The translations under genes were made by a program, and so were the position numbers. 64,000 bases of DNA from Candidatus Omnitrophota bacterium. GTDB lineage: Bacteria > Omnitrophota > Gorgyraeia > Duberdicusellales > 4484-171. The DNA lies in contig PMCS01000008.1 in assembly GCA_003154195.1 (NCBI GenBank), forward strand, positions 143,366 through 207,365, read 5' to 3'. The notes below the pieces were generated by a model. The model was not told the DNA's origin. It searched no databases and saw only the letters and a program-made list of their open reading frames with translations. This document shows positions 10,580-19,214 of this stretch, in pieces (the stretch's first letter is position 1; each line of letters begins with the position of its first letter).

Positions 10580-11215
10580 CTAATCTATCGTCCCAATCCT
10601 TTTAGGCGGCCACCAGATAAAGATCGCCTTGCCGACGATATCTTTTCCGTCGGCAAAGCCCCAGAAGCGGCTGTCAAGGCTGGAAATACTGTTATCGCCC
10701 AAGAAAAAATATTTATCGGGCGGAACGATTATTTCTTTATCTTTTTTACCGTAATCGCCGCTATTGTAATAATAAACCCTGGCAATAAATGGGTCGGCGA
10801 TAATTTTACCGTTGATATAAATGTTGCCGTCTTTGATCAGCACGCGCTCGCCGCCAAGAGCGATGAGCCTTTTTATATAAACTTTTCTTTTCCAAAACGG
10901 ATTACTCTTTTCCTGAGGAGGAACAAATACAACAACCTCTCCTCTCCTGGGTTTTCTAAAACCGGGCAGTCTTAAATCGGTAAAGGGAACTTTTGAACCA
11001 TAAACCATTTTGCTTACGAAAATCTTATCGTCGGGCATTAAAACAGGTACCATGGAAGTAGTGGGAATTTTATAAATCTGAAAAAAGAAAGTACGCACAA
11101 AGATAGCAAGGGCCGCGGCAATGATAATGGATTCAATCCAATCCTGCAGGGCGCTTTTTTGCTTTGGTCCAACGGTTTGATTATTGTCCTGAATGTTTTC
11201 GGTAATATTTTCCAT
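10580..11215 (-). CDS. lepB: signal peptidase I
   Basis: 211 aa; SMVPVL (catalytic Ser box), KRLIALGGE, GDNSISSLDSRFWGF boxes. Confidence 0.85.
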   Translation of the reverse strand: MENITENIQDNNQTVGPKQKSALQDWIESIIIAAALAIFVRTFFFQIYKIPTTSMVPVLMPDDKIFVSKMVYGSKVPFTDLRLPGFRKPRRGEVVVFVPPQEKSNPFWKRKVYIKRLIALGGERVLIKDGNIYINGKIIADPFIARVYYYNSGDYGKKDKEIIVPPDKYFFLGDNSISSLDSRFWGFADGKDIVGKAIFIWWPPKRIGTID

Positions 11216-11306
11216 ACTTTAGCCTTCTTCCTATATTCTATGACGCTATTATACCGGTATACTATACACTAAAAACGGTAATTTCAAAATAAAAAAAATT
11301 ATTGGT

Positions 11307-13103
11307 TCACATTTTCAGGACCTCGATGAATGCTTCCTTGGGAACATCGATATTCCCCACCTGTTTCATCTTTTTTTTGCCTTCTTTCTGTTTTTCCCAT
11401 AGTTTACGCTTACGAGTTATGTCACCGCCGTAGCATTTGGCAGTAACGTTTTTACGCAATGCCGATATTCTCTCCGCGGCGATGATCTTGGCGCCGACCG
11501 CGGCCTGAACGCTTATTTCATACATTTGCCGGGGGATCAGCTCTTTAAATTTTTCCACCACCGCGCGGGCGCGAGATTCCGCTTTTTCCTTAAACACCAG
11601 GATTGAAAACGCTTCGACGACTTTCTTATTAAAAAGAATATCCACTTTAATGACTTCAGTTTTCCGGTAACCGATGAATTCGTAGTCCAGAGAAGCGTAG
11701 CCTTTAGTTAAAGATTTTATTTTATCGTAAAAGTCAACCACCACCTCCGCCAGCGGCATGATAAACGCCAGGCTCAACCGGTCCTTGCCCAGATAATCCA
11801 TTTTGGTGAATTCGCCGCGGCGCGACTTGGAAAGTTCGCATAAAGCGTCCATGCCGTCGATGGGCGTGACAATCGTCGCCTTCACGTAGGGCTCCTCGAC
11901 AAGCTCGATCGCCGTCGAGTCGGGTAATTTATGCGGGCTTTCCACATTCAATATCTCGCCGTTTTTCTTAGTTACGCGGTACATTACGCTGGGTGAAGTC
12001 AGAACAAGGTTTAAATCGTACTCACGTTCGAGCCGTTCCTGTACTACTTCCATATGAAGCAGGCCAAGAAACCCGCAACGAAAACCATGGCCGAGGGTAC
12101 CTAAATTATCCGGTTCGTAAACAAAAGAGGGGTCAGATAACCTTAACTTTTCGATGGCATCGCGTAAAAGCGGGTAATCATTGGGGTCGGAAGGAAATAT
12201 CCCGCAAAAAACCATCGGTGGTATTTTTTTATATCCTTCAAAAGGTTTGGCGGTAGGCTGAGAAGGAGAAGTAATCGTATCACCCATATCCACATCCTGA
12301 GGTTTTTTAATCCCGCAGCAGATATAACCGACTTCGCCGGCGCCTAAAAAATCTTTTTTCTGAGCCTGCGGCAGGAATACGCCCACCTCTTCGATTTCAT
12401 ACACGGATTTACGGTGCATCATCAGAATTTTATCTTTGCACCGGATAATCCCATCGAACACCCTTAAAAATAAAATGACGCCCCGGTAGGGGTCATAAAG
12501 GGAATCGAAAAGAATTGCCCGTAAAGGCGCTTGGGATTCGGTTTGCGGCGCCGGAACTTCGATGATTATTCTTTTTAAAACCTCGGCAACGCCGCGGCCA
12601 TCCTTAGCCGACACTAATGTTATTTCTTCTTTCTTAAAACCAAAGATATCGCAAAGCTGTCCCGTGGTGCGTTCAATGTCGGCGCCGGGAAGGTCAATTT
12701 TATTTACTACGGGAATAATTTTTAAATTAGCTTCGAACGCTAAATAAAAATTCGCCACGGTTTGCGCCTCAACACCCTGCGAGGCGTCAACCAGAAGTAT
12801 CGCTCCTTCACAGGCTTTCAATGACTTTGCTACTTCATAGGTAAAATCGACGTGGCCGGGCGTATCGATAAGGTTAAGAATATACTCCTGCCCCTCAAAG
12901 TTAAATTTCAACCGGACCGCCTTAGCTTTTATTGTAATGCCTCTTTCGCGCTCGAGTTCCATACTGTCCATCAGTTGTTCCTGCCCCAATCGCTTACGGT
13001 CGATAACACCGGCCATCTCCAAAAACCGGTCTGCCAGCGTAGACTTACCGTGGTCGATGTGGGCAATAATACAGAAATTTCTTAGATTATTTTTTATATC
13101 CAT
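11307..13103 (-). CDS. lepA: elongation factor 4 (LepA)
   Basis: 598 aa; NFCIIAHIDHGKSTLADRFLE G1 box, DTPGHVDF, NKID. Full-length LepA architecture. Confidence 0.9.
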   Translation of the reverse strand: MDIKNNLRNFCIIAHIDHGKSTLADRFLEMAGVIDRKRLGQEQLMDSMELERERGITIKAKAVRLKFNFEGQEYILNLIDTPGHVDFTYEVAKSLKACEGAILLVDASQGVEAQTVANFYLAFEANLKIIPVVNKIDLPGADIERTTGQLCDIFGFKKEEITLVSAKDGRGVAEVLKRIIIEVPAPQTESQAPLRAILFDSLYDPYRGVILFLRVFDGIIRCKDKILMMHRKSVYEIEEVGVFLPQAQKKDFLGAGEVGYICCGIKKPQDVDMGDTITSPSQPTAKPFEGYKKIPPMVFCGIFPSDPNDYPLLRDAIEKLRLSDPSFVYEPDNLGTLGHGFRCGFLGLLHMEVVQERLEREYDLNLVLTSPSVMYRVTKKNGEILNVESPHKLPDSTAIELVEEPYVKATIVTPIDGMDALCELSKSRRGEFTKMDYLGKDRLSLAFIMPLAEVVVDFYDKIKSLTKGYASLDYEFIGYRKTEVIKVDILFNKKVVEAFSILVFKEKAESRARAVVEKFKELIPRQMYEISVQAAVGAKIIAAERISALRKNVTAKCYGGDITRKRKLWEKQKEGKKKMKQVGNIDVPKEAFIEVLKM

Positions 13104-13117
13104 AAAATCAACTATTA

Positions 13118-13250
13118 AATTGGGGAAATTGGGATATTGGGGAATTGGGATTTGGATATTGGAGAATTAGGATATTAGGTTATGAGTTTTTCCCAATCAC
13201 CTAATCCCCCAATTTCCAAATCCCGATCTCCTAATCCCCTAATATCCTGA
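13118..13250. repeat. long imperfect palindrome of degenerate ATTGGGGA/ATTAGGA tandem units
   Basis: Left arm aattggggaaattgggatattggggaattgggatttggatattggagaattaggatattagg. Right arm caatcacctaatcccccaatttccaaatcccgatctcctaatcccctaatatcc is its approximate reverse complement. Lies between lepA and cmk. Confidence 0.6.
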
Positions 13251-13302
13251 AAGGGGATTTCTATACTCTCAAGCTATCACTGACTTTTTTACTAATAATT
13301 AT

Positions 13303-13947
13303 CTACGCAGAAGTTATCTTTTCAGCAAGAATTCTTACAACCTCGTCGATAGAAAAAGCGGTAGTATCAATAACCTGGGCGTCGGCGCTTTTTTTAAGCG
13401 GCCCTACGGTCCGAGACATATCCGCTTCGTCCCGCCGCTTCAAGTCCGCAGCCACCTCTTCCCGGCTTATATTTATACCTTTGGCCGAAAGTTCGCCATA
13501 GCGCCTTTCGGCGCGCACCTTATAATCGGCGTCCAGGTAAAATTTAAATTCCGCGGCGGGGAAAATAACTGTGGTAGTATCTCTGCCCTCGGTAACGCAG
13601 GAATAATTGCGCGCTATCTTCCGTGCCAGAGCCACAATATATTCCCGGACTTTTTTTATTTTACAGACATCAGAGATATTCTTATCGATTTGCGGCGCGC
13701 GTATTGCCTGGGTCACGTCTTCATTATCCAAAAATACCCTGCCGTCCTGAAAACGGAAATTCAGGCCGGCGGCAATGCTCTCGATTTTTTTCTCATCGCG
13801 TGAATCGATTTTTTCGCGGATAACCTTTAAGGTAAGCGCCCGGTACATCGCGCCCGTATCTAAATACAGGAAACCTAATTTTTCAGCTAAAAGTTTCGAT
13901 ACGGTGCTCTTACCGCTTCCCGCCGGGCCGTCAATGGCGATAATCAT
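13303..13947 (-). CDS. cmk: cytidylate kinase
   Basis: 214 aa; IIAIDGPAGSGKSTVSKLLAEKLGFLYLDTGAMYRA. Confidence 0.85.
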   Translation of the reverse strand: MIIAIDGPAGSGKSTVSKLLAEKLGFLYLDTGAMYRALTLKVIREKIDSRDEKKIESIAAGLNFRFQDGRVFLDNEDVTQAIRAPQIDKNISDVCKIKKVREYIVALARKIARNYSCVTEGRDTTTVIFPAAEFKFYLDADYKVRAERRYGELSAKGINISREEVAADLKRRDEADMSRTVGPLKKSADAQVIDTTAFSIDEVVRILAEKITSA

Positions 13948-13956
13948 ATAAATACC

Positions 13957-14805
13957 TTAATAATTCTTCTGCTTCCGGTTGGCTTTTTCGATGAATTCGT
14001 ACACCCCGCGCTTGTTTTCTTCTTTAATCAGTTTGCGAAATTTTTCCAGGGCTTCAATAAACTTTCCGGTAGCATTCAAAATATTGTCCTTATTGGAAAG
14101 AAAAATATCGGCCCAGACATTTACGGGAGAAGCGGCGACCCGGGTCATATCCTTAAACGCCGGGCCAGCAAAATCAAGACAATAACCGGGTAATTCCGCG
14201 GCCATAGTAAACGATACTATATGGGGCATATGAGAAACGAAAGCTAATATTCTATCATGCTCGATGGCAGACAAGGCAATGACATGGCCACCGGCGCTTT
14301 CCCATAATAACTTAGTTACTTTAAAACCAAAACCGGAAAAATTATCGTTGACAACAAAACAAGGCGCATTTTTGTATAAATCTTTACGGCTGAATTCCGC
14401 TCCCGACTTCTCTCCGCCGCATAAAGGATGGCAACCGATAAACTCCACATGCCGTGGTAAATATTTTTTTGCCGCGGCCACGATATATTCTTTGGTACTT
14501 CCCAAATCCAAGACAATCGCTTTTTTCTTTAAAAAAGGGGCGATTGTCTTGAAATAATCGACAATCGCGTAAACCGGCGCGGCGAGAATAACAATATCCG
14601 CCCCTTCCACGGCTACCTTTATGTTTTTTTCTACCCTATCGACAAGATTAAGTTTTTTAAGTTTTTGGTATGATTTTTCACTCCGGGCAAAACCGTAGAT
14701 TGTTCCGAAAATGCGTTTTCCTCTCAGCGCCAGAGCAAGCGAACCACCCATAAGCCCGACGCCGATAATAGCTGTCTTCTTAAACGGCCCGATTTGTTCG
14801 TTCAT
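13957..14805 (-). CDS. tyrA: prephenate/arogenate dehydrogenase
   Basis: 282 aa; Rossmann fold TAIIGVGLMGGSLALAL at the N-terminus with a prephenate dehydrogenase C-domain; embedded in an aromatic amino-acid cluster. Confidence 0.75.
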   Translation of the reverse strand: MNEQIGPFKKTAIIGVGLMGGSLALALRGKRIFGTIYGFARSEKSYQKLKKLNLVDRVEKNIKVAVEGADIVILAAPVYAIVDYFKTIAPFLKKKAIVLDLGSTKEYIVAAAKKYLPRHVEFIGCHPLCGGEKSGAEFSRKDLYKNAPCFVVNDNFSGFGFKVTKLLWESAGGHVIALSAIEHDRILAFVSHMPHIVSFTMAAELPGYCLDFAGPAFKDMTRVAASPVNVWADIFLSNKDNILNATGKFIEALEKFRKLIKEENKRGVYEFIEKANRKQKNY

Positions 14806-15818
14806 ATTTTTCTACCCACCGCTTCCGCCACTTTTGCCAGATCTTTCATCAGGCCGGCAAAAGTATCCGGCAGCAACTGCTGCGGCCCGTCGCTTAAGGC
14901 TTCCTCGGGATTAGGATGCACTTCAATCATCAGGCCGTCGGCTCCCGCCGCGATTGCCGCCAGGCTGAGCGGCGCAACCAAACCCCACTTCCCCGCCGCA
15001 TGCGAAGGATCGACTACCATCGGCAGATGCGACAACAACTTCACCGCCGGGACCGCGCTTAAATCAAGGGTACTGCGGGTAAAATCTTCGTAAGTCCGGA
15101 TACCGCGCTCGCATAAAATCACGTTCATATTGCCGCCGGCCAAAATATACTCGGCGCTCATCAATAGTTCCTTTATTGTCGCAGCCAAGCCTCTTTTTAA
15201 AAGAACCGGTTTTTGAGTCTGGCCTACTTCCTTAAGCAGATTAAAATTTTGCATATTGCGCGCGCCGATTTGCAAAATATCGGCGTATTTGCTGACCAAT
15301 TCCACGTCGCGGGTATCCATAACCTCGGTAACCGTGGCGATATCCAGTTCCCGGCCGGCATCTTGGAGGATTTTCAGGCCGTCGATGCCCAAACCTTGAA
15401 AATTATAAGGGGAAGTCCTTGGTTTATACGCGCCGCCCCGCAGAACCGAGGCTCCGGCTTTTTTTACTTTTATCGCCACTTCCCTTACCTGTTGCGCCGA
15501 TTCAATGGAACACGGCCCGGCAATCACCACTATTTTTTTACCGCCGAATTCCACACCGTCTTTTATTTTTATAACGCTATTCTCTTTTCTAAACTCGCGC
15601 GATACCAGTTTATACGGCGGTAAAACCGTCATTACTTTTTCGACGCCGCTAAAAACTTCCAACGGCTGTAAGCTTACGGTATCTTCCGGCCCGATCACCC
15701 CCAGAATGGTACGCTCCACACCTCTCGATACCATCGCCTTAAGCCCGAGCTTTTCGATACGCTCGATAACGTGGTTTATTTCCTGTTCGCTGGCGTCTTT
15801 CTTAAAAACAATTATCAT
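14802..15818 (-). CDS. aroF: 3-deoxy-7-phosphoheptulonate (DAHP) synthase, class I-beta (KDO8PS-like) with N-terminal regulatory domain
   Basis: 338 aa; KIVVIAGPCSIES...LRGGAYKPRTSPYNFQGLG and a C-terminal AAGADGLMIEVHP. ATGA overlap with tyrA. Confidence 0.85.
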   Translation of the reverse strand: MIIVFKKDASEQEINHVIERIEKLGLKAMVSRGVERTILGVIGPEDTVSLQPLEVFSGVEKVMTVLPPYKLVSREFRKENSVIKIKDGVEFGGKKIVVIAGPCSIESAQQVREVAIKVKKAGASVLRGGAYKPRTSPYNFQGLGIDGLKILQDAGRELDIATVTEVMDTRDVELVSKYADILQIGARNMQNFNLLKEVGQTQKPVLLKRGLAATIKELLMSAEYILAGGNMNVILCERGIRTYEDFTRSTLDLSAVPAVKLLSHLPMVVDPSHAAGKWGLVAPLSLAAIAAGADGLMIEVHPNPEEALSDGPQQLLPDTFAGLMKDLAKVAEAVGRKI

Positions 15819-15874
15819 CTTACTTTGTCCCTCCCACTGAAAATTTCATTTATAGTGCATCGAGATATTTTTAG

Positions 15875-15962
15875 CCACTGACTAACACTGATCAAGCACG
15901 GATAAAAATAAAAGTATAATTCAATTATTTTATCTCTTAAAATCAGTGTTTTATCCGTCCCT
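15875..15962 (-). promoter_or_regulatory. structured leader upstream of aroF with interleaved complementary segments
   Basis: aacactgat(c) and cggataaaa are followed by aatcagtgtt and ttttatccg in the order A,B,A',B'. This gives crossing (pseudoknot-like) or mutually exclusive pairing. cactgaaaat also recurs at 15831 and 15975. Confidence 0.35.
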
Positions 15963-16005
15963 TTCAGGGGGCTTCGCACTGAAAATCAGTAGTTAAACAA
16001 AAACA

Positions 16006-17088
16006 CTATTGTTTTAAGTAATTTTTCAAACACCCAATAAACTTCTTATTCTCTTTGCGCAAACCTACTGTAACCCGGAAGCAATTCTTTAATCCCCAAC
16101 CGGTCAGCTCCCGGATAATCACGCCGTTTTTTAATAAATAATCGTTAAGTTTCAAAGTATCCTGCTTAAAATTGACAAAAATAAAATTAGTAGCGCTTTT
16201 AACATAAACCAACCCCAATTTATCCATTTCCCGGTAAAAGTATTCTTTCTCTTTTTTAATATAGGGTAATACTTTTTTGATAAAACTTTTATCTTTTATC
16301 CCGGCCAGCGCCGCTACTTGCGCAAACCGGTTTATATTAAACGGCTCTCTTATCTTATCCAATCCCTCGGCAATTTCCACCGAGGTAATCGCATAACCCA
16401 GGCGTAAGCCGGCCAAGCCGTAAATTTTAGAAAAAGTGCGGCTAAAAATTATGTTGCCCCGATTTTTCAAAAACTTCTTCGTTTGGGGAAAATCGCCCGG
16501 AGCAAATTCAAAATACGCTTCGTCGAAAAATAATAAAATATTTTTGGGTATTTTGCTCAAGAATACGCCGACTTGTTTATGATTCAGGTATGTCCCGGTA
16601 GGATTGTCGGGGTTGGCAATAAAGATTATCTTAGTTTTTTTGGTAACCGCCTCCGCCATCGCGTTTAAATCATAACAAAAATTTTTTAACGGTACGCGTT
16701 TTATTTCGGCATTACAGGCGATGGCCTGGATTTCATAAATCAAAAAGGTCGGTTGGGCAATAATGACTTCGTCGCCGTCTTCGATAATCGAACGCAGCGC
16801 CAAGCTGATTAATTCATCGGAACCATTACCGAAAACAATCTGGTTGTCTGACACGCCTAACTGCCGCGCCAGCTCTTTTCGCAAGTAAAAACAACTCGCT
16901 TCCGGATAGCGGTTAATATTTTTTATTTCGTCATTAATCGCCTTACGAATATAGGAAGGCGGAAACGGCACTTCATTAGAAGCAAGTTTGTAAACTTCCC
17001 CCAAACCCAGCGCTCGCTTTACTTCCTCAATGGGCTTGCCGGGAACATACGGTTTAACTTTGTCTAATGATTTTTTGAATATATTCAT
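16006..17088 (-). CDS. hisC: histidinol-phosphate/aromatic aminotransferase (class II PLP aminotransferase)
   Basis: 360 aa; YKLASNEVPFPPS, NPDNPTG, SRTFSKIYGLAGLRLGY motifs. Its position inside a phe/tyr operon suggests an aromatic aminotransferase role. Confidence 0.8.
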   Translation of the reverse strand: MNIFKKSLDKVKPYVPGKPIEEVKRALGLGEVYKLASNEVPFPPSYIRKAINDEIKNINRYPEASCFYLRKELARQLGVSDNQIVFGNGSDELISLALRSIIEDGDEVIIAQPTFLIYEIQAIACNAEIKRVPLKNFCYDLNAMAEAVTKKTKIIFIANPDNPTGTYLNHKQVGVFLSKIPKNILLFFDEAYFEFAPGDFPQTKKFLKNRGNIIFSRTFSKIYGLAGLRLGYAITSVEIAEGLDKIREPFNINRFAQVAALAGIKDKSFIKKVLPYIKKEKEYFYREMDKLGLVYVKSATNFIFVNFKQDTLKLNDYLLKNGVIIRELTGWGLKNCFRVTVGLRKENKKFIGCLKNYLKQ

Positions 17089-17100
17089 ATAAATGCTTAA

Positions 17101-17230
17101 CGCAGATGATCACAGATTAAAAATCAACAGGTGATCGCTGACAGTTAACAAAAAATTACAAATATCAATACCTACTTTGGGATTTATGCTTTATCCGCGA
17201 TCATCAGCATCTTTTAATCAGCGATCATCC
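17101..17230. repeat. family B intergenic element (MITE-like, paired CAGATGATC iterons in ~45-bp terminal inverted repeats), copy 1
   Basis: cgcagatgatcacagattaaaaatcaacaggtgatcgctgacag ... atccgcgatcatcagcatcttttaatcagcgatcatcc; homologous to copies at 23811, 24501 and 41066. Confidence 0.7.
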
Positions 17231-17235
17231 AATAA

Positions 17236-18297
17236 TTAATTACCCCTCGGATACGAACCCAGGATTTTTACGAAAATACATTGTTTTCCCAACTCCTTTA
17301 AGGCTTTTTGAAAATCCGGCGAACTGCGATGGCCCTGGAAATCAACAAAAAAATAATACTCCCAGGGCTTTCTCCTAGACGGCCGCGATTCTATCTTGGT
17401 AAGGTTGATGCCGTATTTTTTAAACGAAAAAAGCACATCATGCAATGCCCCTACTTTATCTTTAACCGCGAAAAGAATCGATGTTTTATCATTCCCTGAA
17501 GGAAAACTGTCATTACGGGAAATTACTAAAAACCGCGTAATATTGGAAGATAGATCCTCTATCGAAGATGCGATAACTTTAAGCCCGTAGATATCGGCAA
17601 GAATCTTATTGCCGATACAGGCGCTGTCGCGTTTATCGCCCACAATCATTGCCGCTCTTGCCGTAGAACTAACCGGCACAAGTTCTGTCCCGGGATAATG
17701 TTGGACGAGCCACTTCCGGCACTGGGCTAATACTTGCGGGTTAGAATATATTCGTTTTATGCTCTTGCCCGATGGCTTAGCTAATAAAGTATGGGTTATA
17801 CCCAGTGTAGCTTCGGCGCAAATTTTCAAATCGGAAGCAAAAAACATATCCAGCGTATAGTTAACTGCTCCTTCCGTAGAATTTTCTATCGGCACCACGC
17901 CGTAATCGGCGCCGTCTTTATCAACCTCGTTGAATACATCGTCAATGCTTTCGCAGGCAATATACTCGCTGGAGCGGCCAAAATTTTTTATTGCCGCCAG
18001 ATGGGTATTCGTACCCTGGGGGCCGAAATAGGCGATACGCAGGACAGTCCTCAACGAACGGCAAGCGGAAAGTATTTCCCGAAAAATAACTTCCAGTTCA
18101 TCTGTACCCATAGGGCCGCGGCTCATCTTTTTTAAACGACTTAAAATATGGCTTTCCCGCTCCGCCGAATAAGCCGACATCTTGCTTTCTTTTTTCAGCT
18201 TGCTGATTCTGGTGGCTTCCTGCGCCCGCTTATTTAAAAGAGCAACCAGCGCCTCGTCGATCTTATCAATTTGTTTGCGTAATTCCGATAAATGCAT
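17236..18297 (-). CDS. pheA: bifunctional chorismate mutase/prephenate dehydratase
   Basis: 353 aa; N-terminal CM (LSELRKQIDKIDEALVALLNKRA), then a PDT domain and a C-terminal ACT domain. Confidence 0.8.
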   Translation of the reverse strand: MHLSELRKQIDKIDEALVALLNKRAQEATRISKLKKESKMSAYSAERESHILSRLKKMSRGPMGTDELEVIFREILSACRSLRTVLRIAYFGPQGTNTHLAAIKNFGRSSEYIACESIDDVFNEVDKDGADYGVVPIENSTEGAVNYTLDMFFASDLKICAEATLGITHTLLAKPSGKSIKRIYSNPQVLAQCRKWLVQHYPGTELVPVSSTARAAMIVGDKRDSACIGNKILADIYGLKVIASSIEDLSSNITRFLVISRNDSFPSGNDKTSILFAVKDKVGALHDVLFSFKKYGINLTKIESRPSRRKPWEYYFFVDFQGHRSSPDFQKALKELGKQCIFVKILGSYPRGN

Positions 18298-18409
18298 TTT
18301 TTCTCCTTATTAATGCTTGCATATCATTTCCAATTAAATATTTATTATTTAGCAATTACCATTTATTTTAAAATGATGATTGCCTCATGCTAAATTTAAA
18401 ATTACTATT

Positions 18410-19153
18410 TTATTTTTTTATTTTCTTGAACTCTTCCTCCGCCGACTTTAATGATTCATAACGGCCGATATCGAACCAGCTCCCTTTTAAGGGATAACCA
18501 TAAACTCTTGCTTCCTGAACCAGCCACTCGATATATTTACCGGACGCGTCGGAATGGCACCTTGCGGAGATGTATCTATTCAGCATCTCCAGAGAATCTT
18601 TAGGGAAAAAATAAACGCATGTCGCGATCAATCTTGACGGCGGATTTTCCGGTTTTTCCAAAAATATCGATATTTTCCTGGTTAAGTTCAGCTTGACCAC
18701 CCCGAAATTGGAGGCTAATTTTTTTTGCGCCAACTTGTACAACCCTATCGAAACATAGGGTTTCTTTTTACAGGCAAATCGCATAAATTTAATCAAAGCA
18801 TCATTAAATAAATTATCTCCTCCTAAAATAAGCCAATCACCAACATCTCTGCCGATAGCGAAATTTATGTCGCCGATTGCACCCAGCCGGTCTTCCGGGG
18901 AATTGGAACCGTCGTTAATAATATTTACGTCAAAATGATACTTTTTCTTCCATTCCAGAAAATTAGGATAAAATTTGTTATTCGAAACTACCCTGATTTC
19001 TTCAACGGGAAAATAATTGTTCAGGCATTTTATTTTTTCGATTAAAAAATTTATAATCGGGGTGGAACAAACGGGAATTAATGGCTTGGGGAGATTAACC
19101 GTCAAGGGGTACAATCTGGTACCGTAACCGGCCGCAAGAATCGCTACTCTCAT
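18410..19153 (-). CDS. sugar-phosphate nucleotidyltransferase (NTP_transferase family)
   Basis: 247 aa; MRVAILAAGYGTRLYPLTVNLPKPLIPV glycine-rich NTP-binding N-terminus. Confidence 0.65.
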   Translation of the reverse strand: MRVAILAAGYGTRLYPLTVNLPKPLIPVCSTPIINFLIEKIKCLNNYFPVEEIRVVSNNKFYPNFLEWKKKYHFDVNIINDGSNSPEDRLGAIGDINFAIGRDVGDWLILGGDNLFNDALIKFMRFACKKKPYVSIGLYKLAQKKLASNFGVVKLNLTRKISIFLEKPENPPSRLIATCVYFFPKDSLEMLNRYISARCHSDASGKYIEWLVQEARVYGYPLKGSWFDIGRYESLKSAEEEFKKIKK

Positions 19154-19214
19154 AGCTGGATAGCCCCAAAAGCATAAGTTAATCCATGAGCATTTTCCAT
19201 CATTTTTGCCGAAT

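Noticed and set aside
13118-13250. Possible CRISPR array suggested by short tandem repeats
   Set aside because: The units are degenerate, the second half is the reverse complement of the first (a hairpin, not repeat-spacer architecture), there are no unique spacers, and no cas genes lie nearby.
15819-16005. T-box riboswitch upstream of the aromatic amino-acid operon
   Set aside because: No AATTAGGGTGGNACCGCG T-box sequence or specifier-loop architecture is recognisable.
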